A stretch of 62,452 nucleotides of DNA, the filler included, from Choristocarpus tenellus KU-1152 (taxonomy: Eukaryota > Protista > Phaeophyceae): assembly GCA_964200185.2 (NCBI GenBank). It is 13 parts of 13 records of this genome, joined end to end, with 100 filler letters (N's around TTAATTAATTAA, not from the genome) between each part and the next. Parts side by side here need not be neighbours in the genome. Positions count along the whole stretch, not along the records: positions 6,664 to 12,307 come from CAXNAD020010151.1; positions 12,408 to 14,969 come from CAXNAD020026759.1; positions 15,070 to 18,624 come from CAXNAD020019295.1; positions 18,725 to 23,969 come from CAXNAD020011371.1; positions 24,070 to 26,681 come from CAXNAD020026275.1; 8 more parts are not named here. One strand, written 5' to 3'. This document shows, one piece after another, positions 10,689 to 24,175 of the stretch. The notes under the pieces were generated by a model. It made no database searches. It saw only the letters and a list, made by a program, of their open reading frames with translations, and had not been told where the DNA came from. Positions within the stretch are counted from its first letter, which is position 1; every line of letters begins with the position of its first letter. A program made the translations under genes and the position numbers.

Positions 10689-13311
10689 TAGTGCATCTGT
10701 TGCCACTCTTGGTGACTTACAATCCGGGGTTCGAACCCCAGTATGAACGCTCTTTCTTATAAAAAAAGGATAAAATGGGAAAAAAACGAAGCCCATACTC
10801 TGGAGGGCATTGTGACTGGCATCACGAATATGCTTTTATTTTTTTTATCCGATGTCTACATCAAAGTTTATGAGGGGACACCCCCAGAGGGCGAAGCTAC
10901 TGGTACCACTATATGCTTGCTCCTCGTTGACAACTCGTTGACCAACCTCAAAAAAATCAAGACTGGTCTCATCCTAGAGGCGACTGCCAACACTGTAGCG
11001 CGAAATGGGGGGGGAAATCCAGATAATGACAAAGAGTTAAAAGTGAAAACGTAAAAGATGTAGTGGCCACTTTTGAATCGACTAGCAGCAGCCCATTTTA
11101 TAGCAGTTAATAGAGACAGGCAGCAGGTGAGGATATGGTGGTATTTGTAGTCCACAACGCGATGAAAAAGGAAATTGATCTTGATCAATGATGAAAGGGA
11201 CTGGGTATATATGCCAAAAACATTCGAGACAGACCAAAAGCAAATGATCTCAGCCACTACATTAAATTTTGAGCATGGGAGGGCACTTTTTATCTATCTA
11301 TTGGCTCAGATTGTTCTATTTATTGTGTGGTGAGTTCATATGATGAAGTGAAACATTCAATCAAGCAACTATGTGATTAATTGTACCTCGTCCAAACAGT
11401 AAGGAACAAGCTCAAGAAGAAAGCAGTCCAAGCTAAAAACTTGAGTGCTGAATATTGGAGGTACTGACTTACTCCATACATTCATTCCCTGCTCGTAGCT
11501 CACCGAAAAGGAATCTTCTGTGGAGATGTCTTCTGGGCAGATGGGGGCACGGCAGTGGAGCTTAGGCTTTCGCATTATCATCCACGAGGCCCTTACACTT
11601 TCACCTTGGCAAGTCTTGGGCTTACCTCAGAATAGGCGCCCAGCCTTGGATGAGATGGATGCCTTGACTCCACACAGTGAGCCACAATCAGACTGCCGAT
11701 TCTGATTTGGAGGGGAGTGGTGGAAGTGAAAGGAAAGGAGTAGGGAGGTATGAGGGAGGTGGACGCCTTTCTGCAATTGCACAAAACGACGCATTTTTGT
11801 CCTTTCTCAGGATCCTTAAAACGCAACCCTCCCAATCTCTCGATTGGTTTGGCTCATTGTCACATAGTCCACTCAGTGTACCCAACCATTCTGAATATTG
11901 ACAAGAATAGGATTAGGAATTTTATTTATAAGCAAATGTACACAACATATTCAATTAATTATATATCATACTGTACAAATTATACGTGAAGATAATCGAT
12001 TTTATGGGGAGTCCTCACCAGCTAGCTAATCTGTGGTCTGCGAGTGCATCAACGCCAAGAAGCAGCAAGGCAATGCAAAACTTGAACGTATCCATAATAT
12101 TTAGGAATTTACTGCTTCCCGAACACTAGTAGTAGCAGTTGTGTTTGAGGATAGTATTGTAACAACTTGAAGAGTACTTCTAGTATCACCTCCTCTTAAC
12201 CCGCCACCCATGTACATCTCCGACATTTGTACCTCACTTGTACTGTCTTGCGCAGTCAATTTCGCATTCCTTCACAACCCTTGATTCCCGCGTTGCAGTG
12301 TTGTGTCNNNNNNNNNNNNNNNNNNNNNNNNNNNNNNNNNNNNNNNNNNNNTTAATTAATTAANNNNNNNNNNNNNNNNNNNNNNNNNNNNNNNNNNNNN
12401 NNNNNNNCCCCCCCAGATACTTTGACCCACTCATGATGATGAGCCTTCCGAAGTTCTGCAATTTTGTCTATATGGGGTACAAGTTGATTGTGAAGAGCAA
12501 TAAATGATAGTCTGGAAGTCCAAGTGCTGGACACAAATCGTTTGTTCACCTGATGTGGGAGCAGAGGATAACTCCGACTTAAGTTAAGTTGTTACTTAGA
12601 ACTAAGAGGAAAAGGAGGTGGACCGTAAAGCAAACAATCTCTCACAGTCGCTGAAACCACTACCGCCGACACCGAGGAACTATAGATTGATCGAGCGAGA
12701 GGAAACAGATTTTCCTACAGGTGGATATGAGAGACAATGGGCTTAACCTCCTTCGCCCCAAAAAAATCTCCTGGCAAAAAAAAAGTTAATTATCGTGTGT
12801 TACGCATGGGAAGTGTTGTAGTCCCGCGAGACCCATAGAGAGTTAAATAAATGTGAACATTGGTTGATTTTAATAATAAAGGGGGATACATTAATCACTA
12901 CCAGCCCCCTGCCGAAGTATCATAATACCAAATATATGTTTACTTAGTAGTAAAGGATGATATATACAAACAGTATCAACCATTTTTATGAATGTGCGTT
13001 TTACATATACTTTGCTATGTTCTGAATATTGACAAGAATATGACATAATGTTGGTACTGCATGGTTTTTAGATACTATGAATCATGTATGCAACACTAAT
13101 ATCGAGTTGAAATTAATGAAAAAAACAAGGTTTCCAATATTGTAAACATTTTTTTGATGTGAACAACCTTAGTATTACAAAATGCTGTGCTCAAACACCT
13201 AATGCAGATGGGGTAATAGCCTCAGTCTTCAACCCTGTAGGTCGATAATGAGGCTTGACAACGGTGATATACGAAATACAATTGAATGTGCTGGATCTCT
13301 CTCACTTTGAT

Positions 13312-13504
13312 GGCTCAAAGTATCTCTGTGTGTGTGTGTGTGGGGGGGGTCTACACCAGTGTGCCCACTTGGGCCCTGACCACGAAAGGTGCACTTACAT
13401 TATCCATCCGAAACATGCAACCAAATCACCCAAAAATTGCAACATGGAAAAATGGGCCCCAAATGGACAGCCAACACCCCCCCCACCCCCAGGTACTCTG
13501 AGCC
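13312..13504. mobile_element. MITE family A copy with 4-bp TSD TGAT
   Basis: tgat|GGCTCAAAGTATCT ... AGGTACTCTGAGCC|tgat. Confidence 0.9.
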
Positions 13505-14735
13505 TGATGATAGACTTCAAGGTTTGATCGAGGTACAAAACAGACAGGAACTATTGGGTACATATTATGTGGTGGCACGATGACAAGAACAATAAACATA
13601 AAGTTAACTAACCCATCATGTGAAATCTAGTACTTCAAGTTCGTACTGGCAGTAGTGTAACCGGCATCAGAGCCCATTGCCTGCACATTCCTCGTAGCAT
13701 GAAGCCCAATGGTTCAATGCGGAGAGAATGCAATCGTACAAGCAACTACATTTTTTCTTCTCGTAGTATCATGGATGCAGAAGAAATGACATGAATGTCA
13801 CTTCCAGGCCCTCACAGATCACTCGGCAGCATTGGGGATCCAGCAGAGGAAGAAACGTGAAGCAAAAAACTCCCAACGTTTGCCCTGATGACAGATATGC
13901 TAACATGACACTCACACCTCATAACACTCTCTCTGCATTTTACCTAATGTTTAAGACAAAACGTCTTACAGAAGAGCTCACACCCACGTCAATACAGGAT
14001 ACCGCTACGAGTACAAAAAAATGCTGCCAAAAAGATGAAGCTTTTCACAAGAACATAGAAATAGGATACTGTCACTGAAGAACACTTCGCCTTTAAGACC
14101 TATGAACACAAAATAAATTTAATCACAAGAATTTAATGTCTCACCATCACGTAAGAAATGGGATACTGTCATAGAAATACTCTCCCTTAATCGAAACCGA
14201 GCTGAGTAGGTTTTATGGCTCACCCATCCGTAGGTAATACCCCCCTCCCCTTCTTGCAATCCCCAGTGTGCTCTTATTCGCTGCCTCCAAAGACTGGAAT
14301 GGAAATTCCTGACTTGCTCCACTGTTCTTTGTTTCCTTCTTGAAGTACTCCATCTGGGTGTCCAGTCTTCTCTCCTTCTCCTTGCGTTACACTTTCTCGA
14401 CAGGGATACCCCCATGGGAACAAACAAAATGCATCCACTCGGAGCAGAGAGTTCATTTTATGGAAGGGTACCTGTCTGACAGGACTTGAGCACGGTCAGT
14501 GCATATATCTTGTTCCTATTCAAATTTTCGTTTATCCCTCTAACCCTAACTGTCATATAGGAAGTGGGGGGATTGTGTCATAAGTTTTATGGATGCCACG
14601 AGTCGTTTTCGTTGGCAATAACCAAACATGGCATGGTACTTAATTTCGAAATCTATTGACTTACACAAAGAAAATGAAATGAGGTGGAAGCATAGTATCA
14701 TTTACTCGCCTCCTGTGATAGAGAGCCAATGTAAA

Positions 14736-14937
14736 GAGAGGTACCCAGGTTTGGCCCGTTTTACATTCTAAGTACGTATTTTAACCTTGGCATTTCACTC
14801 ATTTTTCTGTGGAGGAAATTCTAATCTAGCTTGAAAGCAATGATTTATCTTTTTTTTAAGTTTTCGACACATTTAAAAAATATGACTTTTGCACGTATTT
14901 GTCGGCATCCTTAATATGCTACTCTGGGCACCCTCTC
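14736..14937. mobile_element. MITE family C (about 200 bp, GAGAG..CTCTC ends)
   Basis: Imperfect TIRs GAGAGGTACCCAG ... CTGGGCACCCTCTC. Related sequence at 21658-21853, from 43878 onward and around 54360-54710. No TSD seen. Confidence 0.6.
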
Positions 14938-15111
14938 TTTGACTTTGGACCCAAAGTATCTGGGGGGGGNNNNNNNNNNNNNNNNNNNNNNNNNNNNNNN
15001 NNNNNNNNNNNNNTTAATTAATTAANNNNNNNNNNNNNNNNNNNNNNNNNNNNNNNNNNNNNNNNNNNNAAAACTGAATAAAAAGAAGAGACACAAAGGG
15101 GCTTGGGGGAA

Positions 15112-15154
<43 letters not shown>

Positions 15155-17180
15155 CTGAGTTGAAAGTGGAAATATGTTTGAGATGATCGGGTGATCAGGT
15201 GATGCTTTCAGTTCTCTTCTATGCTATGGGATTAAGGGGGGGCAGGGGTGGGGGCGGGGGCTGGGCAGGGTATGAGAGTTATGCTCAGCATGGGAGGAGT
15301 ATGAAGAGGTTAAAGAGTACCCAACTCTATGGCCTGTTCTAGTATTATTTCTTGTTTGATCCTACCCCCTTTAAATTTTTTTTTTGGACACACAGCCATC
15401 TATTAGTACTGTTGTGTGATACAAAATTGACACTATCATTAACCCTAGGTGGTATTATTCAACCCAGTATAGGATGTTCAAATTTGTGTCAACAGTATGG
15501 TGAACAATTTGAACGACAGCCCCGTGCTGTTGGATGTGGCTGGTAAGGGGAAGGTGGGGGGGGGGGAGGGGGGGGCGATATGTTGATACGTGTATACATT
15601 GGGCTGCTGCTGATTTCCTCTCCCAGGGTTGACTTTCTTAGGGTAGAGGGACACTTTTCCCAGGGGGAACATGGATTTGTCAGTCGATGGGATATAGCCC
15701 CTACCCCCACCCTTACACATTTTTAAAAATTACTACGGTAGGACTGCTTTTGACTGACTGAGGTACGTGTATCTTTCTTTTTTTTGGTGGAAGTACATAC
15801 ACAGTACCATACACAGTACCATATACAGTACCATAGACTCCGCCTCTGTCCAAAGACCATAGACGTGTGTTACAGCTGTTTACCGCCTTGTGGATTTGGG
15901 AGAATGATTTGAGATCGGCAGATGGAATACGCCTGACATGCGCTATGAAAGCCCTTGCTCGTAAGTTCACGTGTGTACGTCTGTGGGTGCGTGTGTGCGT
16001 GCAAGGAGCCAGAAAATACTTGATCATAGTGTATGGGGTTGAAACAGGGCGGTGCACTTGATCATAGTGTGTGGTTGGCAATTGCTTCGAGCTTTCCAGA
16101 TTAGTTTTGGAAGTGGGGCCTGGTGATTGGTCAAGGAGGTTTGGAAAAGTTTGATGTTATTTTATTTTATTTTGTCATGGCTGATGCGGTGAGGGGGACT
16201 GGGAGCACCTAATAGATTTTGTTTTTGTTTTGGCACTGTACTTGATTGTTATTGTTAGGGTTAGGGTGTCCACCGTTGTTATATTTAATAATCAGTCAAT
16301 AGTTACGTTGGTAGGTTGTAAGAGTGGCCGTTCTGGGAGGCCTGTATTTGACAGGGATGAACACCTATGACCGGTCTTTGTACCCTAACCCTAACCCTAA
16401 CCCTGTCCCTATCCCTGTGAACTAGAGAGACGAAACCCTAACCCCAACTCTAACCCCGAGGAGGTATCTAACCGGCTCTGTATGGATTAAAGCTGACCTC
16501 CCTTGTACATTCAAGTAGTTCAAAACCACATTGCCAGGTTCAGCTATTGGTTGGTTGGTTGGTTAACCTGGTAACTCAAGTGAGAATAACCGTCTGAATT
16601 GACCAATCATGTCACGTTTTTTTGTATTATTAGACATGATTGGTCTTTACTACTACTACTACTACTACTACTAGGTTTAAAAAAAAACACTTGAAAGTCT
16701 TTCTTGTTATTCCCACAGTGATTTGTGCTGTTGATGTGACAAAATCATTGGTGTTGTTGGTCTCTGCAGCAAGAGTGCTCTTTGCCAAACACTTCAGTGC
16801 TCAAGTTTACTACACCCTACAGGTGTACTCTAGTTCACAAATTATATATATATATATATATATTGTTTTAGTCTGCATGCTGCGGTAATGATTCAGTGAA
16901 CACTCTAGTGCTCAAGTACAGGATACCCTACAATTAATCAATGTTGTTACACTTCGAAGTGCTTTTGAGGTTGCTTTGAGGATACCAAGACACGTGTATC
17001 ATTTTTTATTTTGTTTGTTGTTGAATACATGATTTTACACATGCATCAAGATTTTGGCAGGTGACCCGACCCCCCTGGTATTGTTGCTTCCCTTGTGCTC
17101 ACACCCTTTTAAAAATATATATATATAATTCTGAATCTCTGTACTTCTTTTTCTTTTTTATCTTCCTTTTTTTTGTACAG

Positions 17181-17273
17181 TTATTGAAGTCCCAGAGTGT
17201 TCCTCTTCCTGACGCCAACCGCATTCTTAAGGAAAGGCTCCATCTCAGACTGATGCACTTCAATGACACCAAG
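17181..17273 (+). CDS. Isolated internal exon, unknown protein (LLKSQSVPLPDANRILKERLHLRLMHFNDTK)
   Basis: Long polypyrimidine tract + tacag acceptor, 93 nt open in phase 0, AAG|gttagt donor. Confidence 0.45.
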
Positions 17274-17752
17274 GTTAGTGGTTCCAGCACCATTTTAATG
17301 GTAACAACAATGTTATGATCACTAGTTATGTATTATTCATGATACTTTTTTCATCAGTAGTATAGGCAGTGAGGGTTAGGGTTAGGGTTAGGGCTAGGGC
17401 TAGTGCAGGGTGTATCTTTTTTCCTGCTTTTGTTTGTTCTCTCTTTGTAGAAAAAAAGAGTTTTATGTGATTTTTTTTTTTGAAGGGAGAAGGGTGTGTA
17501 CTTGCCAGCGCTGACACTCTGTACTAATGTGTTGGTTAACCAAAATCAAACTGACTGCCACCATTATATAGCATTACTCTTGTATGGTGTGTGGGGTGTG
17601 TGTTGGAGGTATTTGGACATTGAAGATAAACTTGTAATGACGCTCTGATGGCCAAAAAAATGTTCAGGAGTACATGTGTTACTAATATATTTTCTGCTTC
17701 ATTTTTTTGGTGTGCTTGAGGATTTATAAAAATCTACAGCGGTGTAGTTACA

Positions 17753-17842
17753 ACAATTAACAATTAACAATTCACAATTCACAATTCACAATTCACAATT
17801 AACAATTCACAATTCACAATTCACAATTCACAATTCACAATT
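17753..17842. repeat. 7-bp microsatellite (ACAATTC/ACAATTA), about 13 units
   Basis: Directly visible tandem array. Confidence 0.9.
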
Positions 17843-20800
17843 ACAGGAGTAGTAGGTGAGTGCGAGGGGTAGAAGCCATTTAATTCAGTTTGAATACAGT
17901 TATCATCATTTTCATAAGAATGTCAAATGGGTCATGGTGGAGTTGATGCAAACATCGTTGTAGGTTAGTGGGTAGTGGGTAGTGGGTAGTGTTAACCTGT
18001 AGGACTGCGCAGGCTCAAACTCCGCCTGGTCGTCAGGTGAGTTTTTTTTCTAGGAGAAATATAATTTTGATTGCCCTAAAGTCCACATGGCAAAAAAAAA
18101 AAGGGAGCTTGGAATATAAATACCGTACAGCAGTGGTATAGTGGTATGATATGATGATAGAGTGGTATGGTGGTATATGCCAACTCTTTCGTAGTCCGAC
18201 ATTGGTTTTGCTTGGGAGCACCATGTGGTAGTGTTGTTGACTGAAAGGCAAGGCTGGGTCTGAATGGGGGGGATAGGGCTAGGGTTAATTATGGATCGTA
18301 GTGATGTCATTGAGGCAATTGATGAAGAAAATAAATAAAGGTCTAATGTCTGCAATAGGATTTCTAGTTTTGGGATCTCAACTTTTCTTTTAAAGGTACC
18401 TGATGTCTACCAGCATTAAAAAAAAAAAATTAAACTTCTGTCAACAAGAAAAACAAGAGGATGTGTGTCAGAGCTAATCAGTACCCCTTAAAGCTCTGTT
18501 TGGCAAATTATATCGTTATTAAGAATCTTGTATGTGTGTGAGGGGGGAGGGGAGGGGGGACTGAAGAGTATGTGGGGAGGTATGATGAGCTTAGGAATAG
18601 GCTCATAGCACACTACAAGTACAANNNNNNNNNNNNNNNNNNNNNNNNNNNNNNNNNNNNNNNNNNNNTTAATTAATTAANNNNNNNNNNNNNNNNNNNN
18701 NNNNNNNNNNNNNNNNNNNNNNNNCCACCCCACCCCCCCCCCCCCCCCCCCCCCCCCCCCCAGATAATTTGACCCAATAATGCATAGATGCATATTTTCA
18801 CGAATGGAGAGATCAATCTTCACCTTGACCACTCAATTTATGCTACTGTTTTCATGGATTGTTTAATGTCGTTACCTTTTCAAAATCCTCATGTGCTATT
18901 AGTCACAAACATAATTGGAGGATCTATTTTCTCCTCAGACCTCACCAGTGTGTAGGCATTGCGCTCATGCTGTGTCCTCGATCGATTGTTTGATTGATGT
19001 TGTCGTTTCATCCATTGTTGGTCTGTGTGTAGCCCTCAACACTCAACACTCTTGTCAAGAGATTTACTGGGTGGTCCAAATATGCCTCTGTAGAGGCAGG
19101 GAGCAATATCTCCGGTGCATAGGAGCTAGTGGTGCTGTGTCCTTGACTGATGATACTGCTGCTCAATCAGCAATAACATTCCGATCCCCCATAGCCCGAG
19201 CCAAGTGCATGTTATACCCTCCATGAATGGTCTCTCACTTGATGATAGTAATGCTCTCCCTCTATTGCGATACAATGCTGCTACTACCTTTGTCCCTGTT
19301 GTCCCTTGTGTGGGCTCCTACAAACCTTCCGTGACCTGGGCTGCAGGCCCCCCACACACAGAGGGAGTGAATGCTCTGGTCGGAGTACCCACCAGAAACA
19401 GAGCAGACTCTACCACCTCTGCAGCACAGTATTGCTTCCACCCCCTACAAATATTGGACGTGTACCTCCTTATGTCAATATCTACTTGATTAAAGAGGAG
19501 GAGGCACACTCCATCACCTAGCATCCGCAGTTCTCCATCCAGTAGGACCGAGTTGAGAGGGTGGCTTGTGCCAGGGGAGTCTGTGCCTACGTAGGTGACC
19601 TAACCAAACCTACCCGTGGAACGATGGAATCTACTACAGACAACTTCAAAGTATGAAATTCCGGACAAAGAATTGTAAACTAATGAAGGCCTCAAGAGGA
19701 AGTTGAGGACCCTGTTAGATGCCAAACAAAAGAATGACAAAATATATCATGTGCAAAACTCCACTCAATTGTTTCGCTAAAATATTTTGATTACAAGTAG
19801 ATGGGAAGGAGAGTATCCGCTGACGGTTACAAGTATCCACAGTTTCGGGTTTAGTGATAGCTACTACTTTGAAGTATCCACAAACATGTGTGAACTCACC
19901 ACATTGAGGATGCCGTTCCTGAAACTACTACGTGGCGATCAACTGTTATTGATATTCCGACAAAGTAGAGAGGAGGTAGGACTGGCTGTGGCGATGAGGC
20001 CATAGTGACGGGTGATAGACCAACGGCCTGTAAGATATGGTGGGGAAATATTAGCTCCAGCTGCTATGGGTGCCAAGCGGACGCCTGGAGGGTTCGCTGG
20101 AGATTTTTTGTGCTGCTGTTGTTGTCAAAGGAGTGGATTTGCATAATGAGCGAGAGACTGAGATGATGACGGAGACGAGCAGTTCCTACTTGTCTTGAAT
20201 CCCACAGGCACACCCAAAGGCGAAGGATTTTATGAATGAGTGCATTTTTCACTTTTTTATTTAGTGTGCAGAGCTTCTTGATGTGTGCACATACGCATTT
20301 ACATACCCACTGGTTGACTCCATCTGATACATATATTATAATAGACTGATAGGACCTACTGCGTACGATACTACAATAATAATACATAATACATTCAGTA
20401 ACACATCCACATCCACAAATGTAATTATAGTATATACATTGATGCATGCTGTTCTACCATACTACTACTATGTAATAGTAGGTCTAGTTGTTACGAATGA
20501 GGCATGGTCATATTATAATTGTAGGGGCCTAATGCAAGTGTATATATTTAGAGAGTTTACAACCTACTAATGATACAGATCTTACATCAACGGTTGTTCA
20601 AATTGGGATACTTCATGCGTAGTGAGTCCCTCCTGTGTAATTTCTGTAGCACGTTATGTATCATCCTCCTCTTGTTGTGCATAAAACGCACAATCAACAC
20701 AATTCAGAACACGTTTTGAGTGAGTAGACATAATAAGATATCTCGGACGGTATTCGACTATAAGTGCTTTAAACAATTTTGCATAACTTTAGCTAGTGTG

Positions 20801-21109
20801 ACAGAATGTAGTGTTCGCTACCACATCTCAGAGGGCATAATAATAAATACATGTATACACTCAGTAAAAAAAGTTGCCTAACAATGGGGGATGAAGTCAT
20901 ATATTGTACTTTGAAGTATGTTATTATTATTGTGCCCAATGAAGTTCGCATACTTTGCCATGTAGGGAAAAGAAGAAACAAGAAGTAAACAATATAACAA
21001 ATATACAAATAAAACACTACAGACCACACTAAGTATTTCGTCCTTTGAAACCAAGAAACCAAAAAAATCACTAAGACTACTATAGAATAAACTGCTCCTA
21101 AGTTACACT

Positions 21110-22250
21110 GCCAAGGTGGTCTTGAAGCAAGGGAAGAGTCTCACGAGTCAATCCCCGTATACCCCACTGATTATGTATCTCTAGTTTAAAGTGCCCAGCA
21201 CGCCTGGAGATTACTATTTCTGCAGTGACTGACACATACAGTTGCAGGCGTGCCTTCACTGCTCCCTTCCTACTTAAGCCCTCAGCTCCCCTTCCACCCA
21301 CTACATGAATCGGCAGTTTGTCCAGGAATTGCTCTGCCTGTGTGACTAGGCATCCGAAGCTTTCCACTGCAAAGGTGTTAAGGGTAAAACGATAAGATTG
21401 AAAAGAAACCTTGCTTACAGGCCTCAGCTGGAGTAGTAGTGATGCCTTGTTGGCAGTCCTCTTCAACCTCTGTGAAGGCCATCCCCAGTAGTAAACAATA
21501 TTTTTGGTAAGTGGTAGTGTCTGAGTATGGAATACCGCACCCACACAGAAATTCGGTTTTAAGGTGAAGGGACTTTTCCATCCCTCAAGGTGCAGGGGAC
21601 GCAGATGCTGTCCAGTTGCCTGACCATGAGCGAGGAGTGCTGCGAGTCATAGAAAACGAGAGATAGCCAGAGTTGCATTGTAAGTATAGGAATTTTAGGA
21701 ATTTTACTGAATTCTGCCGAAACTTTAGACATTCGAGAAACCGACGCTCTCAAGTCAAACTGAGCACTTCATCCGTGTAAATATGGTTGAGTTGCAAGAG
21801 ATCGAAAAACAACTGGCTAGAAATGCAAAACGACCAAAACCTGGGTAACTCTCGTCTACTTTGGCTCTGCCGTACTTCCTGGGGCATGTATGACGTCTAC
21901 ATCTAGCTTGCGAGCAGCGGTTGGATAGTAACTCCTCTACCCCTCCACAAGACCGGTTCATCATGAGGTGAAATTCTGGGGAAGGAGTTGACCTTCCGTA
22001 GCCATGGGTTGAGTCGTTGCTGATGTGTTATCCCTTCCCCATACTATTTCCTGTGCCGAACTTGGTAAGCATAGATGTCAGTACGTCGTATAATAGGAAG
22101 ACGTGTTCGTCTGTCAGATTGTATCCAAGGCCGCATGATGGAACACACTTCTCCATTTTGACTGATGATGCTAGAGTTGTGCTTGACGGATTGTTGGCAT
22201 TGAAATGTCGAGCAAGCTCTACTCTTCACAACAAGGAAGTCCATGGTGAC
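21110..22250 (-). mobile_element. Decayed CRE-like (RLE-endonuclease) non-LTR retrotransposon, 3' ORF region, interrupted by a family C MITE at 21658-21853
   Basis: Translations EFHLMMNRSCGGVEELLSNRC (Cys-knuckle region) and FTLNTFAVESFGCLVTQAEQFLDKLPIHVVGG...RKGAVKARLQLYVSVTAEIVISRR are homologous to the copies at 29585-30085 and 60380-61305. Confidence 0.7.
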
Positions 22251-22643
22251 TGGTCCCCACTCTGATTCATATTGTGTAAGGATATCATTCTTCTATGTAG
22301 TGAGTGTACACATTGTTATGGTGCTAAAAACAAAGAAATTAGAACTACTGGTAGTTACAAGGAAACCTCCAAAAAAGTTCACTACTTCTACTACTATTTT
22401 ATTATTATGATCTGTTGACATTTCCCAGATGTGTAACCTAACCCTAACTTCTAGTACTATATATTCATCAAAAGATAAACTGGAAAACGTACTACTATTA
22501 ATTCTATTATTTTTTCTTATACGTTGTTGGGAGGTTTTTTGAAATCACCTTGCATCTTTCATGTTTCATGTCACATAGTGCCACCACTCCACAGTCCCTC
22601 TATTGATCGCACGTTTGAAGGGGATTCCCCCAAGAGTTCGACG

Positions 22644-23186
22644 ATGAAAGTCTCACAATGGGTCCTATGGGCCACTGGCTTCCTACTAGCTACATTGGAT
22701 GGGGCTTGGACTTTCAGCATTGCCACACGTACTATGCGTCGTCCATGTTCAATGCAACTATGCGAGGAACCTCTGGGACGGCAAGAGGCCCTTCGCCTGG
22801 TCTCGTTGGGAGTCTTCACAGGTGAGAGTGGATCTTGAATTTTTGCACTGTCCATTTAGATCAAAACAACACAGTAGTGCAACTGATTCTACCTAAAACT
22901 ATAATATCAAGACGAGTTGACCAAATTCCAGCAATGAGCTCTCGAAGAGAGTTTCGATGATGAGCCCCCCTTTCACAATTCCTTGTTTACTAGGGAGATT
23001 CGACATGAACAATCCAATGCCCCGAATATCGCAGGGATGCTAATCGATCGACCGCCTTCAGCGCTGTCCGCTGAAAGGGTGAATCGAGGCTTGGGGGTAT
23101 CGGCCATTGGGCGTATCCGAAGCGTACGGAGGCAAATGGATCGTCTGGACGGGCCTATCAAGGAAGGGGACTTCGAGGAGGCTGAG
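22644..23186 (+). CDS. Nucleus-encoded plastid (probably thylakoid-lumen) protein, first two exons 22644-22821 and 23035-23186
   Basis: MKVSQWVLWATGFLLATLDGAWTF is a signal peptide with an ASAFAP-like Phe, followed by a basic transit peptide and GRQEALRLVSLGVFTG|MLIDRPPSALSA (lumen-transfer-like). The GT-AG junction is phase-consistent. Confidence 0.65.
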
Positions 23187-24175
23187 GTAGACCCCTGGGG
23201 CACCTAATGACCCCGGTAAACCCGATCTGACTTGCATCTTCGAGTTCAGGTCTATCTTTGAACCATGCGTGTATGATACGAATATTGAAGGTGTGTATCC
23301 TTGCATCGATTTAACTTGACTGAAATATAACTACTTCTTCGCTCCTAATGGCAGTCGATTTCCACAACTCCATTGCCCACGCTGTGCCCCTAATATCCTG
23401 TGGAGAAGCGATAGATTGTTTGTCAGATCATCTGAAAAAACATGTATGATTCGTCCCTATATGCTCTCTCATCTTGCCCATGGCTGAATGAGTAGAAGTA
23501 TGTTACTTTTTAGTCCCGTTTATACGATACAAGTCAAATATCCTAGTATCCCAACATTATTGACATCAGTTTCCCAGGAATTTGAATGCAATATAAACAG
23601 ACTCTTTCCATTTAAGGGTTCGTACAATACTGTGCAAATTGTATAAATCTTTATTTGGAGAAAAGGGCAAGGTGTACTATTTGTGACCACATTTGAGCTG
23701 TGTATTCCCTTGCCAGTTCTCACTTGAGAAGGCCTCTGGCTCCAGGGGTGGCTGTAAAGAGTTCTGAAGGCTTCAACATCTACTTTTGGAGTTTCCACAT
23801 ACTTTTATTAGTCTAAAATCTCAAGACCAAATAATTCCCAATGAGAAGCTACTGTTGTGAACCTGAAAAGAGCAAAATCTTATCAGTACAAGCTACCCTA
23901 ACCCCAACGCCCCCCCCCCCTCTCCCCCATGCACATCACAGGCAGTAGTACAACAAGAGCCGGCGACAGNNNNNNNNNNNNNNNNNNNNNNNNNNNNNNN
24001 NNNNNNNNNNNNNTTAATTAATTAANNNNNNNNNNNNNNNNNNNNNNNNNNNNNNNNNNNNNNNNNNNNTTTTTTTTTTTTTTTTTTTAACGCCCCCCCC
24101 CACCCCCCCCCCCTCCCCCCCCCCCCCCCCCCCCCCTCCCCCCCTCTCCCCCCCCCCCCCCCCCCCCCTACTGAC

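Noticed and set aside
13504-13520. CTGATGA hammerhead-core-like heptamer (also near 13884 and 19147)
   Set aside because: No matching GAAA core with the required stems could be built.
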